A DNA stretch of 64,000 nt from Candidatus Obscuribacterales bacterium (lineage in GTDB: Bacteria > Cyanobacteriota > Vampirovibrionia > Obscuribacterales > Obscuribacteraceae). The notes below the pieces were generated by a model. It had not been told where the DNA came from, did not search any database, and saw only the letters and a program-made list of their open reading frames with translations. Every line of letters starts with the position of its first letter. Within the stretch, counting starts at the first letter, position 1. Below are positions 41,874 through 51,602 of this stretch, one piece after another. Location of the stretch: NCBI GenBank assembly GCA_965228855.1, contig CBDDIJ010000004.1, forward strand, positions 64,001-128,000, written 5' to 3'. Made by a program: the position numbers and the translations under genes.

Positions 41874-43052
41874 CTATCGGCCAGCGTTCGGCGGCTGTTG
41901 CAGAAGTAGGCCCGAAACGATACGGGCGACGGCGCGCCCCATAAGCGGGGGAACGGCGTTGCCAACCTGCTTCAGCTGCTGGCACTCGCTCCCGTGAAAG
42001 ACAAAGCCGTCGTGAAAGGACTGCAGCCGTGCGGCCTCGCGGACAGTAATCCACCGGTCGTGTTTCGGGTGTATCCACTCAGAAAGGTCGCGGTGCATCT
42101 GGGCCAGGATAGTGTAGGACGGCTTTTTGGGATCGAGACGGCGCCACTTGTGGCCGCGAGTGCCGGTCCAGAGTGACTTCGGAAGGGAATCGCCGCGGGC
42201 TCCTGGCCGGATCGCGGCGATTATCTTCTTCCGTCGGGCTTCGATCCCCTTGGTATGGTGATTGTGAAGCGCATCCTCGGAAATGTTTGCGCGCTTGCAC
42301 GCGGAGCCGAGCAAGTCGTGGTCCCAATCCAGCCGCATGAGTTTCTGAAAGTCCGAATATCGCCCGCCGGGCTTCTTCGGATAGGGAAGCGGTCCGTCGT
42401 CTGCTGATACGGCTCCAGGAAGATCGGAAAGCGCTTCGTGGACCGTGACGGCGCCATCGGTTTTTTCCCGTTCGACTAGGGCCTTAAGCACCTCGTCGAA
42501 GTTCCCGGTGAACGGCTGATTGTCCCGGATACCGAAGACAAATACGCGCCGCCGGTGTTGCGGAACCCCAAAGTCCGAAGCGACAGCGGGGATGATCGCT
42601 GTCCGCACGTACCCAGCTTCCCGGAATGCGTCGACAATTTTTGCTTTGAAATGGCCATTCTTCATGGCCACCATGTTGGGAACATTTTCCATTACGAAGG
42701 CGCGCGGCCGCAAAACCCGCACAACACGAACGAACTCTTCGTAAAGGCGGTTTCGCGGATCGTCCAAGTTGCGGGGGCCGATCTGGCTGAAACCTTGGCA
42801 AGGGGGACCGCCGTAGACCATATCGATCTGTCGCGCAGCCAGTTCAGCTAGATTCGGCACGCCGGGCTGCTCGTCGCGCAGAAAGCGGGCAATGTCGCCC
42901 TTGAAGAGCGCGACCTCACTGAAGTTGGCTGCGTGAGTCAGACACGCGTGAGCGTCCGACTCTACAGCGCAAACAACATTCCAGCCCGCAAGTCGCACCC
43001 CTTCACAGAATCCGCCCGCTCCGCTGAACAGCGATACAGCGGTCAGCGTCAT
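41874..43052 (-). CDS. dcm: C5 cytosine DNA methyltransferase (DruM-like)
   Basis: FSGAGG, GGPPCQGFS, ENV, QHRRR, REAARLQSF, QVGNAV. Confidence 0.93.
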   Translation of the reverse strand: MTLTAVSLFSGAGGFCEGVRLAGWNVVCAVESDAHACLTHAANFSEVALFKGDIARFLRDEQPGVPNLAELAARQIDMVYGGPPCQGFSQIGPRNLDDPRNRLYEEFVRVVRVLRPRAFVMENVPNMVAMKNGHFKAKIVDAFREAGYVRTAIIPAVASDFGVPQHRRRVFVFGIRDNQPFTGNFDEVLKALVEREKTDGAVTVHEALSDLPGAVSADDGPLPYPKKPGGRYSDFQKLMRLDWDHDLLGSACKRANISEDALHNHHTKGIEARRKKIIAAIRPGARGDSLPKSLWTGTRGHKWRRLDPKKPSYTILAQMHRDLSEWIHPKHDRWITVREAARLQSFHDGFVFHGSECQQLKQVGNAVPPLMGRAVARIVSGLLLQQPPNAGR

Positions 43053-43312
43053 CGCGCGCCGCCCTCTAGGCTACGCCCGCTTCGGCCGTGATCACTGATC
43101 GAGATTCGTAAGAACGAATTACGCCCCATAGTCCCCCATCATGACCTGCGGGTCTTGGTTCCCGCAGATCCTTCCTCGTTACAAGCCGCGCCTGGTCCCC
43201 CGAAACTCCAGACGCACTGCGCGCCGGTAGAACGGCGCATTCCCGAGGCAAAGAGATCCGTATGGTGATCCTGGGCGCTTTTCCGACGAAATAGTATAGA
43301 CTGAAGAACTTC

Positions 43313-44173
43313 ATGTTCTCTAGTCCGCTTACTACGATGGCGCCGTTGTCCCCAATCCGTCTTACGAGCCTCCTCCTGGTTGAGGAGCGCCTCCTGGAAG
43401 CCAAGTATTTTGCCAGTCGGCTCGCGAAGCAGAACGACAGGGACAGGTTCGGGTACGAGCTGAATGCCTTCCTGGCGGCCGCACGCAGTGTGACATTCCT
43501 GTTGCAGAAGGAGATGGCGAGAGTCCCCGGTTTTGCCGATTGGTGGGACGTCCAGCGGCACCATCTCTCGAACGACCCCGCGGCAACGTTTTTTCTAAAG
43601 CTCCGCAACTTGTCCCAGAAAGAGGGGCGTGTGTCGCTGGTCGGAGGTTCGCTTGGTCAGGGTCGATGGACGTACCGGTTCGCAGGAAACTCTGAACGCG
43701 TTCCAGGGTGCCTTCTGAATCGCGACGTTGCCGACTGCTGCCACGAGCATGTGGGAAAGCTCGCGAGGGTCATCCTCGCTTTCTCGGAAGCGTTCCCCTA
43801 TCAGAGCTGCCCACGGATGGCCCTTACGCCGGCAGGAGTCGCTGCGCTGCACCTTCCTCTGGAGCAGATAGAGGAGGCGCTCGGATTTCCGAACGGGTGG
43901 ACAGACACCGGAGATGCCACAAACGGCGACCGGCGCATCCAGGTTCTCCGCGAGCATGTGGATGGCGTCGACTTCGCCGTGATCAGCCGGTTAGCAAACT
44001 GGAAGCCGAAGGCGGCGCCCATATCGGATGCGCCCGCGTCCACTTTCTCCGAAGAGATTCTTGCATCGATGGTGCGGCAGCTCGAAGGTTCTCAGCGGAG
44101 CGTGATGACTGCGCAGCTCGCGGCCGATCTGCTCCTCGGTGGAGGTTCCGACGCCAGTGCACAAGACCCGTGA
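43313..44173 (+). CDS. Hypothetical protein with HEPN-like N-terminal domain
   Basis: EAKYF..LNAFLAAARSV..LRNLSQKE; start may be 43337. Confidence 0.6.
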   Translation: MFSSPLTTMAPLSPIRLTSLLLVEERLLEAKYFASRLAKQNDRDRFGYELNAFLAAARSVTFLLQKEMARVPGFADWWDVQRHHLSNDPAATFFLKLRNLSQKEGRVSLVGGSLGQGRWTYRFAGNSERVPGCLLNRDVADCCHEHVGKLARVILAFSEAFPYQSCPRMALTPAGVAALHLPLEQIEEALGFPNGWTDTGDATNGDRRIQVLREHVDGVDFAVISRLANWKPKAAPISDAPASTFSEEILASMVRQLEGSQRSVMTAQLAADLLLGGGSDASAQDP

Positions 44174-44219
44174 ACGCAAACGCCGTTCAAGTCGATGGCA
44201 ATAAGGAGGATCGTACGTT

Positions 44220-44747
44220 GTGACCTTGAAAGCGCGTGAGGTTCTTGATGACTGCCGCATCGGGCTGTCGATGCTCGAGGATGAAACAGATGCTCGGAGG
44301 TGGCGCGTTCATTGGGCGGCGGCCGTCGCGCTGCTACGTGCGGTCGGCCACGTCCTCGACAAAGTGGATGGCGAAGATCCGATCGTTGGGCAAGCAGCCC
44401 GCGCTGCCTTCAAACAGTGGAAGGGCACCGATCCAAAGCACGAGATCTTCCGCGACTTCATAGAACGCGAGCGCAACAACCTGCTCAAGGAGTATCGCAG
44501 TGATGTTCATCCGCACGCGGAGGTTGCCTTGGCATTCGAATTCTCGGCAGCGCCTCCGAACGGCGGCCCTCGCGTCACATACACACAGGTCGCGGAGATT
44601 GATGAGAATATCTATCGGCCATTCCTCGACGGCCCGTGGAAAGGAACTGATGCTCGGGACGTCTTGAGTGACGCTATCGAATGGTGGGATGCGGAGCTTG
44701 GGTCGATCGAAACGGAAGCCGCTCGCAAAGGATCAGCGTCCAGATAG
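44220..44747 (+). CDS. Hypothetical HEPN-like protein
   Basis: AGGAGG RBS; AAVALLRAVGHVL..ERNNLLKE. Confidence 0.6.
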   Translation: MTLKAREVLDDCRIGLSMLEDETDARRWRVHWAAAVALLRAVGHVLDKVDGEDPIVGQAARAAFKQWKGTDPKHEIFRDFIERERNNLLKEYRSDVHPHAEVALAFEFSAAPPNGGPRVTYTQVAEIDENIYRPFLDGPWKGTDARDVLSDAIEWWDAELGSIETEAARKGSASR

Positions 44748-45059
44748 TCGAGCGACAGGGCCGAAGACCGGCCATTGACTCCCCTCACGGGGTTAAGTTG
44801 CGTTGGCCTTCGTTATACCGGCTGCCTTGCGGCACTGCGCGACTGGAGCCGCTCGCGGTACTTCTGAACCTGCCGACACGAATTGGAACCGTCTGGACGA
44901 TAACCCCAGAGCTCAGCGAGGTTGAACATCCTGCCCAGTATAGGCGAGCGTTCGGTTGGCGATGATCGGCCGATCCGTCATGCCTGTCATCATGGCTGGA
45001 ATATCGGCTCGCCTGGCTTCGGGCACCTTCAAACGACACGCTGGCAAGGATGCGACGCT

Positions 45060-45686
45060 CTAGGATTGTGTGGTCTGCATGATATCGGCCAGGAGGTCGT
45101 TGATGCTCCCGGCCGAAGTTGCAAGCCTGCCGTCCACGACATGCGGGAGGTCGTTTTCTTCTTCGTACCGGTAACTGGCCTCGAATTCGTCGAGCGCGTC
45201 TCCCGCTAGCGGGACGCCTCGCTTCTTCAGGCGCTCGTACGCTGCGACAACGAAGTTGAAAAGGGCCGGGTTGATATTCACGAGCGGGCCATACCAGTGA
45301 AACACGTCGTGGCAGGCATGCCGCGTCGCTTCCCGGTATCGTTCTGTCGTTCCTTCAATCGCGGCGACGACGATATCGCGCGGGACGAGGCACAGGGTCA
45401 TTAGATCCGCCACGATCGGATAGTCTCCGACTGGAATGAGCCTGACGACATGCCGCAGCTCCTGCTGATGGTGGAAATAGTTCCGGAGGCATTTGAGCGC
45501 CGTGAATTCCGCGACGTCGAAGAAATCGAGGTCGGCACCAATCTTCAACCGATCATTCAGACTGTGTCCGGCGGTGAGCAGCGAAAACAGCGTGTCACGA
45601 TCCGGTGAGACGCAATGCGTGCGATAAAGCCGGAAGAACCTGTCGGACGCTGCGCCAACGTTCGTCAGATCGCTGCTCTCAGCCAC
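45060..45686 (-). CDS. HEPN-like protein
   Basis: HSLNDRL..LRNYFHH (RxxxxH motif). Confidence 0.6.
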   Translation of the reverse strand: MAESSDLTNVGAASDRFFRLYRTHCVSPDRDTLFSLLTAGHSLNDRLKIGADLDFFDVAEFTALKCLRNYFHHQQELRHVVRLIPVGDYPIVADLMTLCLVPRDIVVAAIEGTTERYREATRHACHDVFHWYGPLVNINPALFNFVVAAYERLKKRGVPLAGDALDEFEASYRYEEENDLPHVVDGRLATSAGSINDLLADIMQTTQS

Positions 45687-45801
45687 AACGATGCTCCATC
45701 AAACAAGCGAGCTTTCGATTTCCGCTGCCGGGGCGGTGTCCTCGCGACTCACGTAGTATTGTCCTCTAGGACTCCAGAGGTCCTGACAGTGGATCATTCA
45801 C

Positions 45802-47277
45802 ATGAACACCGCCAATGTCACCCTCGACCCTCTTGCCCCGGCGGCAAGCGTACCGGATCCAGCGATCGAGGAGGTGATCGATAAGCGCACCGGTGAGATC
45901 ATCGACGTTGCGAGCTTTATTGGATCGCACAGTTACGACGAGATGATCGTGAAGCGGCAGCAGGTACGCGAGAGCCTTGATGCCGATCCGCACTTCATCT
46001 GCGCCCTTTGCCACCAACCGATCTACGTGGTCGGCAACCAGCTGAAGCGCTTCTTTTTCCGGCATGTGTCCGACGCCGACTGCGCAGTTACTCGAGGCAC
46101 GCTCTCACAAGACGAAATCCGGGCTCGAAAATACCACGGACTGCGTGAAAGCGACGCTCATCGGCGGATCAAGGCGCTGCTGACGCGCAGCCTTAGCGCC
46201 GATCCAGCCTATTCCGATATTGCCGAAGAGAAGACCTGGTCGTCTGCGACCAAATCCCGCCATCGACGGCCCGACGTCCAGTGCCGCTTCGGCGAGCACC
46301 GGCTTGCCTTCGAGATCCAGCTGTCGACCACCTTTCTCGACGTCGTGCTGGCGCGCCGCAATTTCTACCGAGACGAGGGCGGTCTGCTCATCTGGGTGAT
46401 GGGGAGCTTCGATCCAGAATACCGTCGGATGACGACCGATGACATGCTGTTCTCGAACAATGCCAACCTTCTTGTTGTCGATGACGAAACCACCGAAAGG
46501 TCGGAGCGGTCCGGCAAACTGCACGTGCGCTGCTGGTATCGCACGGCTTTTCGAAATGGGCCTGAGCTGGCGGGTGATTGGGCCGAAGCGATCGTTGCGT
46601 TCGAGCGCTTGACGCTAGATAGGGTAGGTCAACGGGCCTTTTTCTACGATCACGACGCCGCGCGGAAAGCGGTGCGAGATGAGCTTGAGCACGACGTAGC
46701 GGTTCGCGCCGGGAAACTGCGAGACACGTTTGTCGAGCGCTGGCTCGAGTTCGGTCATCTTTACGCCGAGCGCTATGAGCATGATGCGGCTTGGAGCGAC
46801 CTGCGTCAGGCGCTCGCGGCCGAAGGCATCGACGTATCGCCCGATCGCGACCGCAAGGTCACATCGCTATTGAATGCCATTCTCAGCGTGCGTGAGGGGC
46901 GGCCAGTCGGTTGGGATTTCGCCAAGCTCATCCAAGTCGCCCATCACATCGCCGAACGCAACGCGGACCTGCTTGCCGCCTTTGGCGCAGCGGTAAAGAT
47001 CTATGGTCGCGACGTCCTCCTCGAGGCCGAAGATGCCAAGGGAACCTGGGCGCGACGACGCCGAGCAATCCGCGAGCGCATGGCAGCTGGGGCGGCGAAC
47101 GTTTCCCCTAACACGGACGTTCTACCGTTGCTGTACTTCCTTTTTCCCGAGGTCGCTAGCGCGGTGCAAGCTTATCTGGCTCGTCACCTCAAGGAAGCCG
47201 CTGGTCCGGGTCGAACCGGCGCTGCACCGGCGGCCTCGATGCAAGCTCCGTCCGTAGACGCAAAAGCGCGAGGCTGA
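45802..47277 (+). CDS. DUF6035/CoiA-like PD-(D/E)XK nuclease
   Basis: CALC..FFRH..C, ESDAH, RRPDV, AFEIQLS. Confidence 0.75.
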   Translation: MNTANVTLDPLAPAASVPDPAIEEVIDKRTGEIIDVASFIGSHSYDEMIVKRQQVRESLDADPHFICALCHQPIYVVGNQLKRFFFRHVSDADCAVTRGTLSQDEIRARKYHGLRESDAHRRIKALLTRSLSADPAYSDIAEEKTWSSATKSRHRRPDVQCRFGEHRLAFEIQLSTTFLDVVLARRNFYRDEGGLLIWVMGSFDPEYRRMTTDDMLFSNNANLLVVDDETTERSERSGKLHVRCWYRTAFRNGPELAGDWAEAIVAFERLTLDRVGQRAFFYDHDAARKAVRDELEHDVAVRAGKLRDTFVERWLEFGHLYAERYEHDAAWSDLRQALAAEGIDVSPDRDRKVTSLLNAILSVREGRPVGWDFAKLIQVAHHIAERNADLLAAFGAAVKIYGRDVLLEAEDAKGTWARRRRAIRERMAAGAANVSPNTDVLPLLYFLFPEVASAVQAYLARHLKEAAGPGRTGAAPAASMQAPSVDAKARG

Positions 47278-47606
47278 ACCAATGGCAGGTCGTTCCGCAG
47301 CTTTTCCTTCCTGGCCTGCCGTGCGCAGATCTGGCTTACCCGCCCCGGGCTGAGTGCGTAGTCGCGGGCCAAAGCCGCAAATGTCTCTCCAGCGAGATGC
47401 CTTTCATAAATCTGACAAGCGCGATCTTCCGCATCCAGCATTTTGCGCTGGTTGCGGTCGAAGTCCTCGCGCTCCGCTGACGTCCAGACCTTGTAGGTTT
47501 CAACACCAGTCTTACGGTTGCGGATCCTGACGACATAGCGGCCATCGACGATGCTCCGGACATCGTACGATCCATCTCTGAATCTGATTACATCGCCGAG
47601 CGACAC
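47184..47606 (-). CDS. Small protein with C-terminal HTH
   Basis: AGGAGA RBS before GTG; GETFAALARDYALSPGRVSQI. Confidence 0.55.
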   Translation of the reverse strand: MSLGDVIRFRDGSYDVRSIVDGRYVVRIRNRKTGVETYKVWTSAEREDFDRNQRKMLDAEDRACQIYERHLAGETFAALARDYALSPGRVSQICARQARKEKLRNDLPLVQPRAFASTDGACIEAAGAAPVRPGPAASLR

Positions 47607-47691
47607 TCTTGCTCTCCTGTAGTCGTGGGACGCCCGCTTCGTTGAGTGGGGCAGTAGCGCACATCGAACATGGCTGGCTGCATGCTGGTGC

Positions 47692-48411
47692 TCATCGCTT
47701 CCGGGACTTACTTTTCGATTTCGATGTCGTGGTTGGGTAGCCGAAAGGGAGAAAGAAGTGGGAGACGCGGATCGTGCCGTGTGTGGGCGCCAGACTAGCG
47801 TCGCGCTGGTGCTCCGTATCGAAATCCGCGCCAGCAAAGAGAGTTGAGGGGCGGACATATGGCGCGCCGGCCGACGTAGGGCACAACCGCAGGGCGGCGG
47901 CCAAGGCGGCATCTTCGAGCGCCGTCCGTATCGGCGGTACGACTTCTTCTTCGGCATCGAGCAGAACACCGACCATTGCCGCGATCGCTTGCTTGCGGCT
48001 GTAGATTCCGGTCACAAATCGTCCGAGTCCTTGGTCCCGCAGGTAGTGGTCGCGATGCCGTTTCTGGCGTCCGAGACGCTTGAATTCGAAAACAAGGTGC
48101 ATACCCCTTACGTCGTCATTCCAGCCATAGACGATGTCCGTTCGCCGCTCCTCGATCAGAGCCCCGGTGGCAGGGTCGATGTCGCCGATAATGTCTTCGG
48201 CCGACCACATGCCGAGCAATCCACGTTCCCGCGCGACGTAGTTCTCGACATAGACCTTGAGCCGCTTGGTGAGACCGTTCTCCTTCGTCTTCGGATTGAA
48301 ATCAGGGCGAGGTCGGGCGGCCAACTCCGACCAACCCTGCCGCACGGCCTCAACGGCCTCCGTGGCCGGCCGAATTGGGAAAGCCGCAAGCCAGTCAGCT
48401 GGTGCAGTCAC
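47692..48411 (-). CDS. Putative PD-(D/E)XK restriction-like endonuclease
   Basis: E..RTDI..VFEFKRL; start overlaps the MTase stop. Confidence 0.65.
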   Translation of the reverse strand: MTAPADWLAAFPIRPATEAVEAVRQGWSELAARPRPDFNPKTKENGLTKRLKVYVENYVARERGLLGMWSAEDIIGDIDPATGALIEERRTDIVYGWNDDVRGMHLVFEFKRLGRQKRHRDHYLRDQGLGRFVTGIYSRKQAIAAMVGVLLDAEEEVVPPIRTALEDAALAAALRLCPTSAGAPYVRPSTLFAGADFDTEHQRDASLAPTHGTIRVSHFFLPFGYPTTTSKSKSKSRKR

Positions 48412-51400
48412 GCGGGCACCGCCGTCTTGCTGCCCACCTGGCGGGACTGAACGGTGCGGACGATATGCTCGGCGTCCCGCATGGCCTGCCTGACTGTCCA
48501 GCTCTTCCGTGAGAGCGGCCGCACGAGATAGAGCGCGCCGTCTATCCAGAGATGGACGTCTGGAACCAAAGCGAGGAAGTCGCCCGAGGCGACAACGCGA
48601 AGACCGACCTTTCGCAGCTGCGCGAGCGTTTCGATGACCAGGTCATCGCTCACTGTCGCGCTGACTTCCGGCGCCGCGGTGGATTGGCTGACGTAAGCGA
48701 CACGCACGATACCGGACGGTCCGGCGCGGCTTGGATCGCTTGCAATCACATCAACCCGAAAGCGTCCCCGACCTCGGGTTTTGGTTCGCCACGAGGTAAG
48801 CGCTTCGGCGAGCGCGTTGGCATAGATATCAAAGTCCCCGGCATCGACACGATGCTGCGCGGGGGTATCGAGACTTTTGAAGCTGCGCGGACGGATCGAG
48901 GGCATGAGGACCTCGACCGTTTCGCGGACCAGAATCTGCTCTTTGGTCGTGAGGCCGAAATAGTCGAATATGGCTTTGTCGAGCTCGTCGCGGAGTTCGG
49001 TGTAGCGAGATCCCTGTTCCAGTTCGGGGAGTGCGGCAAGGGCAGCCATGTGGGTTTGAACGATATCGAGCGCGGCCGCAGCTGCGTCGGCATCCGGTGC
49101 ATCCTGGGGGGTGAAGAACGGGAACGCCTCTACCTCCGCCAGGTGCACGCCATTGCGTTCACACAGCATTTTCCAGCCTCGCATCATCAGGAAATAGCGA
49201 GCGAGGGTGGAACGCAGATACACCGCTGCGAACTGCAGGAGCGCGGCGTCTTCCCGCCTGCCAGCGATGACTCCAATGCTGTGAGTGAAGCTGGCCGCAC
49301 CATCGTAGTAAACAGCGCGCACGTTCTGTTCGCCCTTGGAAAAGCCGTCGGGAAACAGAACGCGCGGACCATCGAAGACCGCCCGCACCGAATCGTTGAG
49401 ACCGACCACCGTCTGCTGCGTCTCGGGCCATTTGCCCAGCAGGATCGGGTGGAGGACCGGCGAGCCTGCGCTCAAGGCCGCGATTGGCACGAAAGGCTTG
49501 TCTCGCAGTTCTCCCGCATCGACGGCCTCACGGCTGCTGTCGTTGAGATGGATTCCTTTCCGATAGACCCAGCGCCGGAACTCGGGTGGCCCTCGCCAAA
49601 AGTCGGCGAAGGTGCCGCGTAGGGAGAGCCGGGTCCAGATGGCCAGATCGCTGGCGTCCCCCCACATCATGGTGACGAGCAACTGCGGATCCTCGACCAC
49701 CGAACGGGTGAGCAGAGAATGGCGGTCGGCGGACTGCATGGTCAGGCGACCAAGCGCCAGGCTGAGGTCGGCCTTAGGCACGAGATATTCGAAGGTTTCG
49801 TCAAGCGGGATGCTCACCGGCGGTTCGTCGCGGCGACGCTCCGCCAGAAACACGTGGCAGGTGTTCTCGGCTGTTGGGAACAGCAAGCCCTGAAGATCGC
49901 CGAAATTGATCAAGCGAATGGGACGATAGGCACCCAGCGCACGAGCTACGAACGTTGTGCTCGACGCTCCAAGGAACTGCCCTATCGGCAAGATCAAGCA
50001 TACGCGCCCACCGTCCGACAGGAACTCGCGCGCGCGCAGCGCATAGGCGCCGGCGATCTGTCGGCGAACAAAGGGGACGCCGGCATACTTCGCCCAATCA
50101 TCCGCGGACGTATGCTCTTCACCCTCGGGCTCTGCCCAGGGCGGATTCGAGATGATCAACGAGAAGCGGCGGGCATGGAATGCATGTGACGTTCGAAAAA
50201 AGTCGGCGTCCTTTGGTCCATGGACAAGGTTGCGACCGCTGAGCGAGGGGAGCTTCGTTCCATCACGCTCCTGTGCCGCGAGAATGTCCGCCGGCTTGAG
50301 GCCTTCGAGGAGGGACAGGTAAAGGCTGAATGCCGTTACGCGGCAGGCCATGAAGTTGATGTCGCCACCAAAGATGCTGCTCTCCAGAAGTCGGCTGCGT
50401 TCGGCAAACCCGAGCTGTCGGCCCTGCTTTGCTTCGGAGAGCGCGATGAGGCGGCGATATGCAGTGGTGAGCAGGATGCCTGAGCCGCATGCGCCATCGA
50501 AGATGATCTCTGCAAGCGGATCGGGCGAGGCCACTAGTGCTTGGTCGACGGCCAGCATGGCGAGGTTGCGGGGCGTATAGTACGCTCCGTCCTTGGCCTG
50601 CTGCTCCGGTGTCAGGAACTTTTCGTAGAGTCCGGAAAGCAGTTCTACGGGAATGTAGCTGAAGTCGTAGTTCCAGAAATCGGCTTGACCGGTCCGCATA
50701 TCGGTGCGTCGCAGGAACTGATTGAGAAGGTCGAATCCCTCGTCGGAAAGCGCGGTCCAGGGATCGTGCCGATCATCCCCGAGGAAGTCGCCGTTGAAAT
50801 CGCTTCGGAGCGAGTCGATCAGCGATCGGATGCCGTCGCGCCCACGCTGGGCGACTAGACCGTGAAGCTCAACCACGGCGCGGCGTTCTCGATAGGTCGT
50901 TCCGACGATCTCCCGGTGCTCGAGATAGGAGACGAAGAGCACCTGGCCCATAAGTAGTTCGGCCAGCCTGCGTCGGTCGCTCTCGGACACGGTTCCCGCG
51001 AAGCCGCCGTCGCGCAGTTTCGATACGGTGGTGGACAGATTTGTGAGCAGCTTACGATCTACGCGGGCGTTGACGTCAAACCACTTCGGTAGCCGGCGGG
51101 ACAAATTCGCCGTCGCCACGTCAAGTGCTGAGAATGGACCATCCGGACGTGCCTCGTCACGGCGCAGGTACTCACCGGCACGCCTTAATTTCCGAGCAGG
51201 AAGCGCGACGGCTTCGTCGCCCTTCAGCTCGATCACGACCGTCGCAAGGTTCTGGTTCCAGATACGCTTGCGCGCCTCGTCAAGATCGGCCGGCTGAAGC
51301 GGCTCGTCGTCATCACCCACGAACACAACGGTTGGGACACCTTCGACGTCAAAGACTGCCTGGGCGCGGATGGCACCGTCTGGACGAAGAAGGGCGTTGA

Positions 51401-51515
51401 TCTCAAGGGCGTAGGGGTGGGTTTCGGGAACCGGCGCTCCGCGCAGGTGCAGGACGTCTGGCTCGGCCGTGTAGCCAAGTTTTTCAAGCCAGTCCTGGAC
51501 TCCGATGCTCGCCAC
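48408..51515 (-). CDS. Large N6-adenine DNA methyltransferase with C-terminal TRD-like region
   Basis: GAYYTP, FDGACGSG, ISNPPW; GGGAGG RBS before GTG at 51515. Confidence 0.88.
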   Translation of the reverse strand: MASIGVQDWLEKLGYTAEPDVLHLRGAPVPETHPYALEINALLRPDGAIRAQAVFDVEGVPTVVFVGDDDEPLQPADLDEARKRIWNQNLATVVIELKGDEAVALPARKLRRAGEYLRRDEARPDGPFSALDVATANLSRRLPKWFDVNARVDRKLLTNLSTTVSKLRDGGFAGTVSESDRRRLAELLMGQVLFVSYLEHREIVGTTYRERRAVVELHGLVAQRGRDGIRSLIDSLRSDFNGDFLGDDRHDPWTALSDEGFDLLNQFLRRTDMRTGQADFWNYDFSYIPVELLSGLYEKFLTPEQQAKDGAYYTPRNLAMLAVDQALVASPDPLAEIIFDGACGSGILLTTAYRRLIALSEAKQGRQLGFAERSRLLESSIFGGDINFMACRVTAFSLYLSLLEGLKPADILAAQERDGTKLPSLSGRNLVHGPKDADFFRTSHAFHARRFSLIISNPPWAEPEGEEHTSADDWAKYAGVPFVRRQIAGAYALRAREFLSDGGRVCLILPIGQFLGASSTTFVARALGAYRPIRLINFGDLQGLLFPTAENTCHVFLAERRRDEPPVSIPLDETFEYLVPKADLSLALGRLTMQSADRHSLLTRSVVEDPQLLVTMMWGDASDLAIWTRLSLRGTFADFWRGPPEFRRWVYRKGIHLNDSSREAVDAGELRDKPFVPIAALSAGSPVLHPILLGKWPETQQTVVGLNDSVRAVFDGPRVLFPDGFSKGEQNVRAVYYDGAASFTHSIGVIAGRREDAALLQFAAVYLRSTLARYFLMMRGWKMLCERNGVHLAEVEAFPFFTPQDAPDADAAAAALDIVQTHMAALAALPELEQGSRYTELRDELDKAIFDYFGLTTKEQILVRETVEVLMPSIRPRSFKSLDTPAQHRVDAGDFDIYANALAEALTSWRTKTRGRGRFRVDVIASDPSRAGPSGIVRVAYVSQSTAAPEVSATVSDDLVIETLAQLRKVGLRVVASGDFLALVPDVHLWIDGALYLVRPLSRKSWTVRQAMRDAEHIVRTVQSRQVGSKTAVPA

Positions 51516-51534
51516 GCTATGCCTCCCGACACGA

Positions 51535-51549
51535 GAACATAACAGGAAC
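51535..51549 (-). promoter_or_regulatory. Alphaproteobacterial LexA-box match upstream of the MTase
   Basis: GAAC-ATAACAG-GAAC. Confidence 0.6.
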
Positions 51550-51602
51550 ACGTAGTTCTGTGAAACCCGGAATTCGCCGACGGGGCGATGACGACGCCCG
51601 GG

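Noticed and set aside
41869..42078. Extended 866-aa start for the acidic protein
   Set aside because: Overlaps dcm in another frame; ATG at 41868 right after the dcm stop is more plausible.
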